The position numbers were made by a program, and so were the translations under genes. This document shows, in pieces, positions 50,401 through 64,000 of a DNA stretch of 64,000 nt (position 1 is its first letter; each line of letters begins with the position of its first letter). Below the pieces are notes generated by a model. The model had not been told where the DNA came from and made no database searches. It saw only the letters and a list, made by a program, of their open reading frames with translations. The stretch spans positions 4,497,718 through 4,561,717 of the forward strand of contig NW_003314262.1 of the NCBI RefSeq assembly GCF_000143415.4, read 5' to 3'. This stretch comes from Selaginella moellendorffii. Taxonomy: Eukaryota; Plantae; Lycopodiophyta.

Positions 50401-52040
50401 TTGGTCCTCAATGTCATACATCTCCTTAACCTGAAAATGCCAAGGAATATGTGCTGAAAGTAAGCTAGTATATGCACCTTATCTAAGAGAAAGGAAACTG
50501 GATCCCGGTCAAACCACTCTACGTCTTTGCCTTTGCATTCTGCCCACAGGAGTGCTCCATCCCCAGAGGATCCCCATCTAACGCTTCCTGTATCATAATT
50601 ATTACGGAAGGAACATAATAGAGATAACGAAGAAAAACCTGAGGAGTTTCCTCTTAGTGAGCGATGGAGAAAAAGCTGTTGATACTGCACTGATCGCAGT
50701 TTCGTGACAAGTGCTTCTTCGGTGAGTCCATCTTCGACAGTATACGTCCTCATCATTTCCAAAACAGAGACGAAAGTGTACCCGCGCACCGATTGAGAGA
50801 TCCCTGATCCAAACAATTGCGAGTTAAATAGGAAAAATAAAGCTGCGTCAACAACGTTACCGACTACGGGGCATGGCTCTGGAAATTCAAAATCACTCTC
50901 TGCTGCGGCGAGGCCGTAAATGTACGGACTTCCTGGATGAGCATGGCTGCAACAGATAGCCATTAAGAAAAAAAGGAAAAGAAAAGAAAAACGAGGACAT
51001 GGAAAACACACCCTGCAATAAATCTGTCTTTCCGATACTTTGATGGAGCAGCACCCTGAACCTCTTCCATTACACACTGCAAAAAAAACTCTCCATCACC
51101 AAATTGACCTGAAGGCTAAAAACTCACCACCGAAAGTCCTTGCTGGGTGATATTGTCAAGTGTCTGGCGCAAGTTCTATCAAGACATGCGTTGGATCGAA
51201 CTTTGAATGCTTAGAATGTAGCATCATACCGCAATAGGGCAGCCTGCTCTTGGAGAAGCATTAGCGCGTATCCCACCCATTGGATTCAAGCCTGCAAACT
51301 CTACCAAAATGCAGGCGTCAAAACCGCACGCTTCATAAAACTCGCCAATCTGCACAAAACAGGCTAAGGCGATGGATCCATGTAAACAAAAAACGAGAAA
51401 TATAGTTACTCTACACAGAAGAACTTCTCGAGGAAATTTTCTTTTAGCATCCAGTAGCTCAGCGTTCAGGCTTCCATCTCTTAAGCTGCAAGCACGAGAA
51501 AGTTGTAAAGGAAAACACGATAAACAAATCAATAAAACCTTCCATGACGCAAGTTGGGGTCGAGCCCGAGCAGATTAGTCGGAATCAAAAGCTTTATCAT
51601 TTCTTTGGTAGTAGGCTTTTGACACAAGTTCATGCGCTGCAGAAAAGCACCAGAAAGAGCAACGTTAGAAGAGAACGAAAGATCTCGGAAAAAGAAGAAA
51701 GAAAAACTACTTCTTGCCACCAACAAATATGCTCCTTATCCCGATCATCAACCGGGACGTAGCTCTGCCTCCTTTTCATCTTCACAACGCTTCCACTCAT
51801 CGTGCTTAGCTTCCCACAGCTCAATCTCCTGCCAAAGATCTTGTGATCATAGAAGAAAGGAAGGAAGAAAACATCCATATTTCCTTGTGCATACCTGGAT
51901 GCATTGTCGATGGAGAAACCCTGAGATTGGAATCTCGAGGCAACAAGAAAATCCTGCCGCTGCAATCATCCCAAAATAAATCCCGCGACGCAAACATTGC
52001 TGGAACGAGCAAACGATCCAGAACTTACCGCCTGCCTCAT
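47489..52040 (-). CDS. MSH1: MutS homolog 1 (organelle genome surveillance) with C-terminal GIY-YIG nuclease, multi-exon
   Basis: IGEFYEACGFDACILVEFAGLNP; HAHPGSPYIYGL; LLTGPNGGGKSSLLRS; LVDELCKGT; STHLH; CVYILHRPDGKFYVGQTDNLSGRI. Start exon is approximate. Confidence 0.93.
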
Positions 52041-52232
52041 CCGATGTAGCGCGCTCCACATCGGGATCGTGCGCGCCTTCCTCTCCCTTCCCGCCTCGTA
52101 GGGTTCTTTCTTGCTCTTCCAAGAACAACAACACTATTTCCAGGGTTTAAGGGGCAAAAGATTTTTGTTCGAAAGATATCGTGGCAAGAGAGAACTTTTA
52201 TTTCCCCATGTCATAACATCCCAGGAAGATAG

Positions 52233-53536
<1,304 letters not shown>

Positions 53537-53954
53537 CCGGACCAAAGAGACAAACAGGTTCCTGTTCAGAACTCACGTCGGGTCTCGCAGCACAGTGGTG
53601 GCGAGAGGAAAGCATCTATTTCGCCGCTGAGAGACGACTGGATTCCTCGTCCATTGCTCCAGAAAACACGACGCTGGTTTATCCGATATCCGTGTGGAAC
53701 CAACAGGGCCGCGGACAATTACGCGCTTCTACAGCTTTGACCATACAGGATCTGTTCCTATAAGAATCTTCCAGGCCCGAGGATCATGGAACTAGTCTTT
53801 AGAAGTTCGCAAAAAGAAGAGAGAAAAGCTCTAAGCGATCGAGTGTCCAGAGAAGTTCACAAAGGAAAGAGAGAAAAGTTTGAAGATATCAGGGAAGCGT
53901 TTTAGAAGAATGTGATGATCCTGGCTAGTGACGTCAATGTAGATATAGAGTATG

Positions 53955-54054
53955 NNNNNNNNNNNNNNNNNNNNNNNNNNNNNNNNNNNNNNNNNNNNNN
54001 NNNNNNNNNNNNNNNNNNNNNNNNNNNNNNNNNNNNNNNNNNNNNNNNNNNNNN
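53955..54054. other. Assembly gap (100 N)
   Basis: Run of N. Confidence 1.
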
Positions 54055-55577
54055 TCGTGAGCAATCGTCTCTCGCGGCTCGAGTCGGCAATCCAGCGCAT
54101 CGAAGGCAAGGTGAACGCGGTGTTTGAGGCGACGAAATCTCCATCGCCACCATCTCCTCCGCCACCAAAGAAGCGCTTCTTCGGGGGAATTGTCACTCAC
54201 CACCAGGCGTGGTGGCTGCTAATCTTGCCGCTTAACATCGCTTGCATGGGCATTGTGCTTGGAGGGGATCGGACGCGCGCGGATCGAGCGGAGCTGGCCA
54301 CTACCCTGGCCCTGGCCAACCTCGTGGCCACCGTGGCCATCCGGGACGGTACGGTCCTCCTCTGTCTCTACAAGGCGGTGGTTCGAATCCCCTGGCAGAA
54401 GTATTTCTTCAACCGGATGCTCCACTGCAATGGTGGCATCCACACCGGCTGCGCGCTCATGCTGCTCGTGTGGGCGATCATCGCCCTCGTCGAGACGGGC
54501 AGCGGCGATCCGGTCGATTGCGCTCTCCTGGCGATTCTCTGCGCCGGCCTCCTCGCGATGATGCTCCTGGCGGTCCAGCCGCTGCGCGAGCGGCACCACA
54601 ATCTCTTCGAGACGGTTCACAGGTACCTAGGGTGGACGCTCCTCGTGCTGCTCGCTGCGATCCTCGTCAAGGAATTCACGGACATGAGGTGGAGGCTGTC
54701 CGCGGCGGCGATCGGCAGCGCGGTTCTCATGGGGATCGCGCTGATCTTGGTGTTCTACTCGTGGTTCTTGATCGAGCGCCAGGACGTGGAGGTGAGATCC
54801 GGGCGAGAGGGAAACATCGTGGTGGTGAAGATCAAGGGAAAGGCTCGAGCTGGCGCGTTTGCGAAGATCTCCTTCAATCTCGTCGAGTGGCACGCCTTCT
54901 CGGTGGCAGTCAGCAACAGGGAGAGTGGATCCTACGGCCTCATTGTCGGCGTCGCGGGCGATTGGACCAAGATGCTCGCGCAGAAGTGCACGCCACTGGA
55001 GAGGATCATGAGCAGGGCGTCTAGCTTGAGGAAATCGCTCAGCAGGGCATCGAGCTTGAGAATGATAAACAGGGCTTCCAGCATGAGGAAGATCAACGAC
55101 GAGCACAGTACCATCTCGGGAGAGGATCTGATCTCGCCGCCGCCGCCGCCGCCGCCCACCGATCAAGGGATCCAAAACCAGACGGTGAGGGCGTTCATCC
55201 GGTGGCACCGCCCACTGGGGTTCATGTACTCTGTCTACGCCTACAAGAGAGTCATCTGCGTGGGCACAGGCGCTGGAATCGCCCCAATCCTCCCACACAT
55301 TGGCAGCGATCGCGTCGCCATGCACGTCGTCTGGATCGCCAAGAAGCACCGGGAGATTTATGGGGACGAGATTTGCGACCGCGTGTTCCAGCATCCCCAC
55401 ACGATCTATGACACCTCCAAGCAGGGGCGCCCCAGGCCGGAGATCGCATTGCTGGATTACGAGGAGTTTCGTCCAGAGGCGATCTTCATTGTCTCAAATG
55501 CGCCCTTTACAGAGGCCGTCCGCGATGTGTGCAAGAACAAGCAAATTCCCGCCTTTGGTGCTGTCTTCGATTCGTAA
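54055..55577 (+). CDS. Intronless ferric-reductase/NOX-like transmembrane oxidoreductase, 5' end in gap
   Basis: About six hydrophobic helices with His motifs (LHCNGGIH, HHNLFETVHRYLGW); WHAFS; GDWT; GTGAGIAP; ends PAFGAVFDS*. Confidence 0.8.
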
Positions 55578-55779
55578 CGTGTAATATTCTCCTATAACGA
55601 GATGACAAACAACAATCATACATCTGAATTATGTATATATATGTTTTGTTTTAGATCTTGCACCAAAAAGCATAAGGTCTGTTGGAAACAACTACTTGGA
55701 CCTGCATCTTTAGTTAAGAAAGGAAAAGGGGAAAGTATTCCCTGCCAACCTTTTCTCTGGCGTGGTACACGGAGCACAA

Positions 55780-56040
55780 GAACGTCTCCCACTTCCATTT
55801 CAGACCTCTGCAAGTGCACCTAATGAGCACACAAAATGATGAACACGCCACGAGAACGGCCACAAACGTTTGAGCATCCGGCAAAGACCCTCCTCGCGAC
55901 TCTTGCATTCGTGAAAAGTCTTCGCATCCAGCAAAGTGGTAGGAAATTGCAGTTCCCATCTTCATTGTCACGGTTGTAAACCCTGCCTTCGCCTGTGACA
56001 CATTTACATTTGAGAGACAAGTGTGCCCGAGTTCTCATGA
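55780..56040 (-). pseudogene. Short PLS-PPR fragment
   Basis: FSRMQES...PDAQTFVAVLVACS. Confidence 0.5.
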
Positions 56041-57421
56041 GAGGAGGGATGTAGCTCCCACTTCTTCTGTGTCGTTTGCGAACTTGAAGCTGCGTCGTCC
56101 ACTAGTTCGGATTCAGTCTGCTATATCTTCCTGATGTGCTTTGGAGCCAACAGCGACGTCCAGGGCAGTCATCTGATATGGCAGCAACGTCGTTTTGACT
56201 TGCGTCTTTGGTGCTACTGCCGTGGCCGTCATGGATATCGTGCCGCTGCTTGTTGTCCTTTGCTTCTTCCGCGTTCCTTGAGCTCGGACTGGTCCAACGT
56301 CTTCAATCAGGGACTGTGGGGAGTCATCCCTTGGAGTTTCAGCAAGACTGTAGATGTTTTCCTTGAGGACGTCTTGGAAGAGCTTCTGTCCATGTTGCGA
56401 GCACCAAAGCCCTGAAAAGCTTTGGCGCGGGCACTTATAAACCCGCTGCAATAGGAAGTATCACGTAGGTCCAGTCCAAGCCGAGTAATGAGAAAATACT
56501 AACAAACCAATAATATATAAGAGAAGAGAAAACGAGGACGGAGATCTGTGACGAGGACAAAACCTTGCTAAAGAGCACTCAACAATAATATAAAAGTTAA
56601 AGAGTGGCAAAAACCTCCAATAATCATAGTGTCTCTTAGATTTGCAAATTAGAGATTTGGCTCATTTCTTGCATTATAAATTGCAGCAAGCCATCAAAGT
56701 GTATCAAATAATAGTTTGCTACGCAAGTATGGAATCAAATGTTTCCTTGAACGACATAACTCTTGCTTCATCAACGCCTTCTATCGTTTTCGAGATAGGG
56801 GAGCGGGACTGGACCAAAACCTGCCATTTTCAGTTCCGAAGTTTCATACCTTTTTAGGGAAGCCACTCTTCTGAGAATTCCCCATCGCGAGCTAGACGGT
56901 AAGTTGTGTGAATGGCATAGCCTCACTCGCAGTGTACAAGTCACTCCAAGGCGCTTTGAGAGGGAGGTCTACCTGTTAGGCATCCTAGGCCAGTTATGGT
57001 GAGGGAGTGTTACGAGCTTACTTACTTTGCAGACATGCTCCCCTCCAGTTCTCCTGATTTGTACGAAATAACGGTTTTAACCTCCGTACGAGAACCCACT
57101 TTGATTCCATGAGCGAGGTGTCTTGGCATACCGCGGCTGTGGTGGAGCAGCCATGGATTGTCTAGAGAGAATGCCCGAGTGGAGCGTGGAATTCGGCCAT
57201 GCGTGCTTACATCCAGGCCGGAGAGCTCACAGGTGCCGTGAAGATCTTCAAGGGAGTGCCGACTCCATTCCTGCAACGCAATCCTGGCAGAGAATGCCCA
57301 GTCCGAGCAGCCCACCAAGGCGAAGACAGGGTCTGATCGAAACAAACGTGCCAAGAGCGCGTTTCTGTCGGGGACTTCTCTTCTCCAGGCTAATGTAAGT
57401 TAAACATTAAACAAAGCACTG

Positions 57422-58830
57422 CTAAGGCGTAGTGGTGGTATTTGTTTCTGAAAGCCAAACTCTTGATTTAAACAGCCTCCCAGTCGTGGGTGGACCTCCA
57501 CGACTGGTATATTCCGGATCTTCTAGAACCAACGACTCAACTTTCTCAACCAGGAAAAGCAAGCATATAAGATCCAGCGTGAAAGACATGATTTCGTTTT
57601 CCATGTACTCTTCGAGGCTGGCCATTCTACCTCGCAAAAACACGCATCGGGGCCATTCCATGATCTTCGGTGTTTCTAAACCAAGCACATTAATTTTAGC
57701 AGGCCATAGAATATTTTTGTCGCTCACAGTGCAAAAGTTTCCCAAATTGTTGAGAGTATGGTGCGTGTCCATAAAGTCGTCAATGACTGTCGTAAGAACA
57801 CTCGTCTGTGCCCAGTCAATGTGAGCCATCGAGAGTTCCGGCTGGAACATGGTTGCAGCAGCAGTACAAAAGCAAAACACGTCTTTCTGTCGGGCAAAAC
57901 CCAGACGTTCAAAGTTGCGCTCTTTGTTCCACCTGCGTTTCACGCGCTGGATAAGCGAGAGGCAAAATATCAGCTACCTCATAACGCGCTGCAAATCCTT
58001 CTGATATATCTTCTGGCAAGCATTGTGTGAAGGCCAGTACGTTCACTGGAAAAATTTAAATAGGAAGTTTCAGTGGAAGTTATAGCATATGTACCTCATG
58101 GATTCCATAAGCATGAGATATCCATACTTATCGTAAATCTAGTCATGCACTCAATGTGCTGGATCCGATGCATTATACTATACCATGGAAACGTCGTCTA
58201 TAAATAAAATGTTAGCAAAACCACATCGGAATAGGAAAGGCAAACCTCTTTGTTTGCGAGAACAAGGAGTCGAGTCCAGCATTTTCTGCTTTCAGTAGAA
58301 AAGAGAAAATGTGATGTGAAAGATAGCTCCTGATGCAGTACGTCTACCACATGAAAATTCTTGTCTTCCTGTTGATGCTATGGTATAAAAAGCTTCACTC
58401 TAGGCGACCTGGAGAGACTTCGTAACCATCATGATGAAGAATCCAGAACAAAAAGAGCAGTCAAAGATTTCTAGATGTTTCTGACTGCATGTTCTCTCCA
58501 TTGTCTGAACTATCCGAGTGACAAAGAAGTTTTTCGAATCCCAGATGCTAAAGACAGTCTACAGCAGCAGCTGACTTAAGCGGTGTTTGGCTTTGTCAAT
58601 AGGCCCTCAAGAACACGAAGGCACTTTCTGTCTCCGCTGTGCATGTAACCGCATGCTGTCAGCGTGACAGGGAATAAAGATCCCCTGCTACTTTCATATC
58701 TGAGAAGATATTGCCACTTTGGACAGTCATGAAACGCTTCAAGTACATGGACGAAAGAAGTCGGACACTGCTCCAACGCATCATTTGCTACGCTGGTTAT
58801 CAGCAAAAGCTGTTTAAGAACCTCCAGAGC
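57422..58830 (-). pseudogene. Class I (kaurene-synthase-like) diterpene synthase pseudogene
   Basis: GSLF..TACGYMHSGDRKCLRVLEGL; HDGYEVSP; LGFARQK; MFQPELS..WAQTSVLTTVIDDFMD; SLEEYMEN; deletions and frameshifts, no intact 5' end. Confidence 0.82.
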
Positions 58831-58889
58831 TTTGAAGTTACCTCAGAAGAAATTCTTGACTGAACAAAAGATTCATCATAATTTCAGCT

Positions 58890-59291
58890 CCACGTTCAGT
58901 GATTTGCCCTCTTGTAGTAGTCTATGCAAGATGGCTTCCATTCAGTCCAGAGCAGCATACTTTGGGACATCAGGCTTCAGCTCATTAGAAGTTGCATCCA
59001 AAGTTCTTTGGACCCTATGACATGTTGGCTCAAGTCAATGAAGTTGCTTACCAATTGCAATTTCCCAGCTCTTCATGGCCACATGACGTTTTCCACGTCT
59101 CAAAGCGGAAGCTTCATGTAGGACCATCACCAGTTCTTCTACTTTGCCAGGTGTCAAATGACGAATCAGTTCCCTTCAAACAAATCTGGGAGCATACGAA
59201 GAGTGATGAAGTCCACTACTACCACTGCATCTGGCTGAAGGAGCGTAAGGTCACCAGATACCGGGTGAGATTTTTTTCAGAAAGGTGTTAG
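58890..59291 (+). mobile_element. Ty3/gypsy retrotransposon relic (integrase C-terminal GPY/F region)
   Basis: LHPKFFGPYDMLAQVNEVAYQLQFPSSSWPHDVFHVS matches the gypsy post-integrase motif. Confidence 0.75.
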
Positions 59292-62200
59292 GAATCTTCC
59301 TTGGACCTAAAAGTAGGAAACACATAGAAGATTTTTGGGTCATTCTTCTCAATCTCACTTTTCCTCCTTTGTATTCCTCTTTCATGGAAATTCCTACTAG
59401 AAGATTTGGGTGAATCTCAACACCTAGCCTTAATGCTACAGCAGGGGAATGGATGCATACCATTTTGCAGGTGTAGACACTCCTTAACACAGATTTCTAG
59501 GAGCCTATACTCCTCTTTGTGGATGTGAGGGTGAAAGAAATTTATTGGCATATCTCCTGTGGGAGGGGACTCTGTAGCATTTCAGACACAATGTTCCCAT
59601 CTCAAGATAAAATGTGTCCAACTCCACAAAAATTGCTTGAAGTGGTAGAGTGTGAGGAGAAAGTCTCATGTGCCCACTACCACAATAAGCCCATTCAAGT
59701 GTAATGTATGGGTCAAAGATACTCATTAGAGATTTGTTAGGTGAGCATGCAACACATATTTTTAAGATTTAAACCATTTCCTGCATGCACAAATTGTAAA
59801 TGTTTAGAAAAGCTTATTCATTTAGGTTTATATAGTTGGAATACTAATGTTCTGGATCCTCACAATGAAGATGCAACTTGACTGCTTATGTATAGTTGTA
59901 TTGCTCCATATAGTGTGCAATGAGTGAAAGGATGCACCACTTCAATATGCAGTACTGGGTGGCATTTAAGAAGGATTTTTGCCTCTATGCCCCACATCTG
60001 TGGGAACCACTGAATGCCATGTGGACTATAACAGAAGGTGATGCAAATGGCTAGTACACCTCGATTGGTGATGTGAAATGAAGCTCTACAAGGCTAGATA
60101 TTGATCTTTGTAATGGTGAAGGTTGGTGCATAGTACCAAGAGACCCTTGAGCTTGCCATTGTGCATTACATTAAAAGTGGTCACCAATGCTTTGTGTGCA
60201 GGCTTTCTACACTATGCAATGTCCACTACACTATACATTGCACACAACATTATAGAAGAGATATTTGACTTCACACTTCAACAGGCAAGCTTCATGTTTT
60301 AAACTTGCTAGGCCTCTTATAAATCTCTCTCAGATTTTCAGTGTGGAAATGAGTGTTTTACTAGTGAGGAGTGGTTATGTGTTTGCATTTAAGAGGTCAT
60401 GATTGATGTGAGGGTATTCTTCAAGGCTGTAGTGATGGTAATACTACCCTAGAGTTGCATATGCTTCATCATTTCACAATGGGCATGGAGTTCCTTAGCA
60501 CCAAGTAGTGGGTTTGTATCCATGTCTTTCATTGCAAGTACGGCCAAGTACCACAATTAGTAGATGGATGCAGAGCCATGCCTTCCTAAAGCAATGACTT
60601 ACTCCTCCAACATAAAGGTTGAGGACCATTACTATGATCTGGAGCAATTTACATATAAGTTGAGGTATAGTCACCTCTCTTTGGGAAGTGTTGAATAGGA
60701 GATGGTATATAGAGTGGATTTTATGTGACAATAGTTTTGCATGGACTTTATGTGACAAGCATACATACCAATATTTTTGCAAGGTTTACATATAGTGTGT
60801 TATATATATAAATGTATCAATTATAATATACAAAATCTTTTTATATTATCAAGAAGCATCCTATATGCTTCCATTTGCTCCCAAAGACCTAATAGTATGT
60901 TTCAAGTAAACACATATAAAAAAGTTGTTGTATGACACTCATCCAAGAAGTGCATGATAGAACAAAACTGTAAGCTCTTGAATTTGAACTTCCTTAAAGG
61001 TCATCTAATTTAGTGCTATTCAAACCCAAACACATTTAACCCCAAATATCCCAAAATTTTTAATCAATTGAAAAAATAAGTGCACTCTTATTCATGGGCA
61101 CTTTTTATCTATATTTAAACTTTTATGGATTGTCTCTCAAGTCATTCTTTTTAGTTGCTTACAAAAACCTTTTGGTTAAAATAAAAGCCTTCAATATTAC
61201 TTTGGAATGCTTGATTCTAGAGGCAAGAAATCAGTATACTATTATATTTTTTTGATGGAAAAGTATTAGAGTGTTTCATGAGTGTTTAGTATGACAATAT
61301 CCTTGTGAGTAGGAGGCACAACTATATTACACTAGTAGATTTAAGAACTTGGAGGGGAAAAAACAAGAAAAAAGGCTTTTGCATTAACTAGGTTGATAGT
61401 CTTCCTTGAATATGTGTGGGTTGATATCCATGCTTATTTGTGATAGTGTGCATTATATGCAAGTTTTACACAATTATGTATTCTTTAAGCCATTGCATGA
61501 AATCAAAATAAAGTACCTCATCCAAGTTATAAGCATACCAAACATCTCTCAAATCAATCAATTAATAGTGTTATATAGGAATCCTTGTTTTGAAGTACCA
61601 CACCACCTTGCATTGAATCTCCTTCCAAACATGTTTAATTTTTACAAATTTAGTATCATTCCTCCCAAATAAAATACACAAATTTTACTTGGTTATGAAC
61701 TGATGAACTGCATATAAAACACTCCCTCACAACCCTCCCATACATTCATTAAGATCAATTTTGTTAAACTCCCCACCCAATCATCTCCCATGCATTTTCA
61801 ATAATTGCTCTAGTTAATCTTCTTTTGTTTCTTAACACAAGTAGTGGATCCCTATATAAACAAAACAATATATAATGAATGATTTACATATTTTTCCAAT
61901 CAAATATATATTAGTGCTAATGATTCCATGTAAATAGATGCCATATGTTGTCAAAGAAAAATCATATGTTAAGGCCAAGCATTTTATGCAGTAAGAGAAT
62001 TACTACCAATGCACCAAAGCTCTATAGGTTGACTCCATGTTGAAATGCATGTGGGGAATTGGCTTTAGTTGCCTTTGCTCCAAGCAAATACTAACTAACA
62101 CAACTCTTATAACATCTTAGTTAAGCATCTCTTTGTTTGCCATCCATCATCCCATGTCATCATGTTATTGCATTATAGGAGAAGCTAGAAGTGTTTTAGC

Positions 62201-62614
62201 CTCAACAAAAGTTTTGATTGAATACAGTTCTTTCCAACCTATGCTTGCAATGAAATATGCACTAGTTTACACTAATAGATGTGACATGATTCCTCATTTT
62301 GTAGCCTTTTATAATTTTGAAATTTACCCAAGAACTTTCTAATTTGCTGACAAACAACTTGATCACAAAGCGGTTGTCTACAGGATTATGCTGAGCTAGT
62401 GTCAATCAAGAGAATAACTTGGCATAGAAAATATGCACAAAACTCTCCTATACAGCAAAACTGTTTCCTCATTCATTCATAAATCATTGGATCACAAAAT
62501 AGATCTTATGGTGAGGTGATTGTAATTCTTGATTTTTTTAATAACTATAGATTAGAGTCCTATAGTATTGAATCTCAAATTTTATAAAATTTAAATCACT
62601 ATTAGTTTATAATT

Positions 62615-62617
<3 letters not shown>

Positions 62618-62654
<37 letters not shown>
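62618..62654. repeat. (AT)n microsatellite
   Basis: Direct reading. Confidence 0.97.
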
Positions 62655-62657
<3 letters not shown>

Positions 62658-63345
62658 AATTTTTTTCTACTATTATAGTTAATTTTAATCCAAATCTATA
62701 AGTAATTGATCTAGGATAACTAGAAGATCAAGAATTTTAATTACTCGAGCTAGTGCCAACTATCAATCGAGAGTGTAACTCACACTATCATAAATATGCA
62801 CACCATCGTAATACTATGTCACCCAAACACTTTAAACCATATACCTAATATGGAAAATGGCTGAGTTGGAATCCTTTTAAAAAAAAGCAAAAAAGGCATG
62901 GCTATGCATGACCAAGAAAGAAAAAAACCATCCATAACTTGTGAAAACTTTTAATATTTATATGAAGACTTATATTCACAAGTATTTTACATGGACCCAT
63001 ATACCTTGCAAATCATTACCACCTAAATTTGGGAAAGGTCTGAATTTGGGGAGTCCATGTTTGACACAATTAAAATTAGATATCATTTTTCAATTGCCAT
63101 TTGTAATTTCTTTAAAAAAATTCTTACTTATTGACTATTTATTTATTCAAGTCATAAATGCTCAAGGTATAGGAATAGATATCTTAATTAAGGTTTAAAC
63201 CCCTGCTTATATATAGGAATGGATAGACTAGTTTCAAGCCCAAATGGAGAGTTTATAATCATTTGCTAGCCTACTTAGGCACACAAGATAGTTTAGGTTT
63301 TATACTTTTTCCTAGTCATACTAATTAATATATTAACATATTACC

Positions 63346-63655
63346 TATATATATATATGTATGTATATATATATATATGTATATATATGTATGTATGTAT
63401 ATGTATGTATGTATATATATGTATGTATGTATGTATATGTATATGTATGTATGTATATGTATGTATGTATGTATATGTATATGTATGTATGTATATGTAT
63501 GTATGTATATGTATGTATGTATGTATATGTATCTATGTATGTATATGTATGTATGTATGTATATGTATGTATGTGTATGTATGTATGTATATGTATGTAT
63601 GTATGTATATGTATGTATGTATGTATATATATATATGTATGTATGTATGTATATA
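63346..63655. repeat. (TATG)n/(TA)n compound microsatellite, ~310 bp
   Basis: Direct reading. Confidence 0.97.
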
Positions 63656-64000
63656 CACCTTCATCTTCCCCTCTAGAAGATGAAAAAACTTGAAGAAGTC
63701 AAGTTTAGCAAAACCTCTAGAGCTTTAGCTAGGCCATTGCACATTGCTACAAAAACTTGAAACTCTCATAAGAATATAGTTATTGACAACCATGACAGAA
63801 TAGAATCTAAAGACATGGTATATATATAAGTTAACTATGGAATCCTAATGAACTAGTTACAACTTTATATGCAACTATGAAATGTTTGAACCAATCTCAA
63901 AGCCATAATTTTAAACTAAAACAAGAGATTTCAAAAGCCATTGTAGTCCATTGCAAAAAATGACAAATTTGGTCTTTAAATTTATTTGTTAACCATCCTC

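Larger units (their letters stand above)
59300..64000. repeat. CpG-depleted, AT-rich degenerate repeat/TE-derived region
   Basis: Very few CG dinucleotides, many TG/CA, no recognisable ORF. Confidence 0.5.

Noticed and set aside
53952-54054. ATG at 53952 as the start of the 541-aa reductase
   Set aside because: It abuts a 100-N gap of unknown true size, so frame continuity is unsupported.
59300-60790. Coding-like degenerate stretch, possibly a transposase or RT
   Set aside because: Many stops in the frames examined and no diagnostic motif recognised; needs a profile search.
63357-63693. Three overlapping Met/Tyr/Val/Cys-rich ORFs
   Set aside because: Translation of a (TATG)n microsatellite.

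Overview
Eukaryotic plant genomic DNA. Very short GT-AG introns (about 45-120 nt), tight gene packing, PLS-class PPR genes with runs of short repeats and a diterpene synthase point to a lycophyte such as Selaginella; this is an inference. Conserved gene islands encode an intact PLS-PPR gene running off the left edge, an intronless P-loop ATPase, a two-domain NSH3-type nucleoside hydrolase, CAND1, a pfkB kinase, a P-class PPR, TFIIF-alpha, a fibrillin, plastid Cpn60-beta, MSH1, a DUF167/STEEP1-like protein and an intronless ferric-reductase/NOX-like membrane protein. An accessory block (about 25.5-47.4 kb) holds four copies of a small membrane-protein gene and three intact genes for an unrecognised ~90-110 aa protein (Gly/Ala-rich hydrophobic helix plus variable heptad repeats). 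Two of those three are divergently paired with decayed paralogues of the P-loop ATPase. The block also contains a ~4 kb palindrome with heavy C>T/G>A decay and an intact class II diterpene cyclase with a Tyr/Asn catalytic dyad. A class I terpene synthase pseudogene, a Ty3/gypsy fragment and CpG-depleted AT-rich DNA occupy the right end. There are two 100-N gaps. Gene boundaries were derived by hand and internal exon coordinates are not listed.
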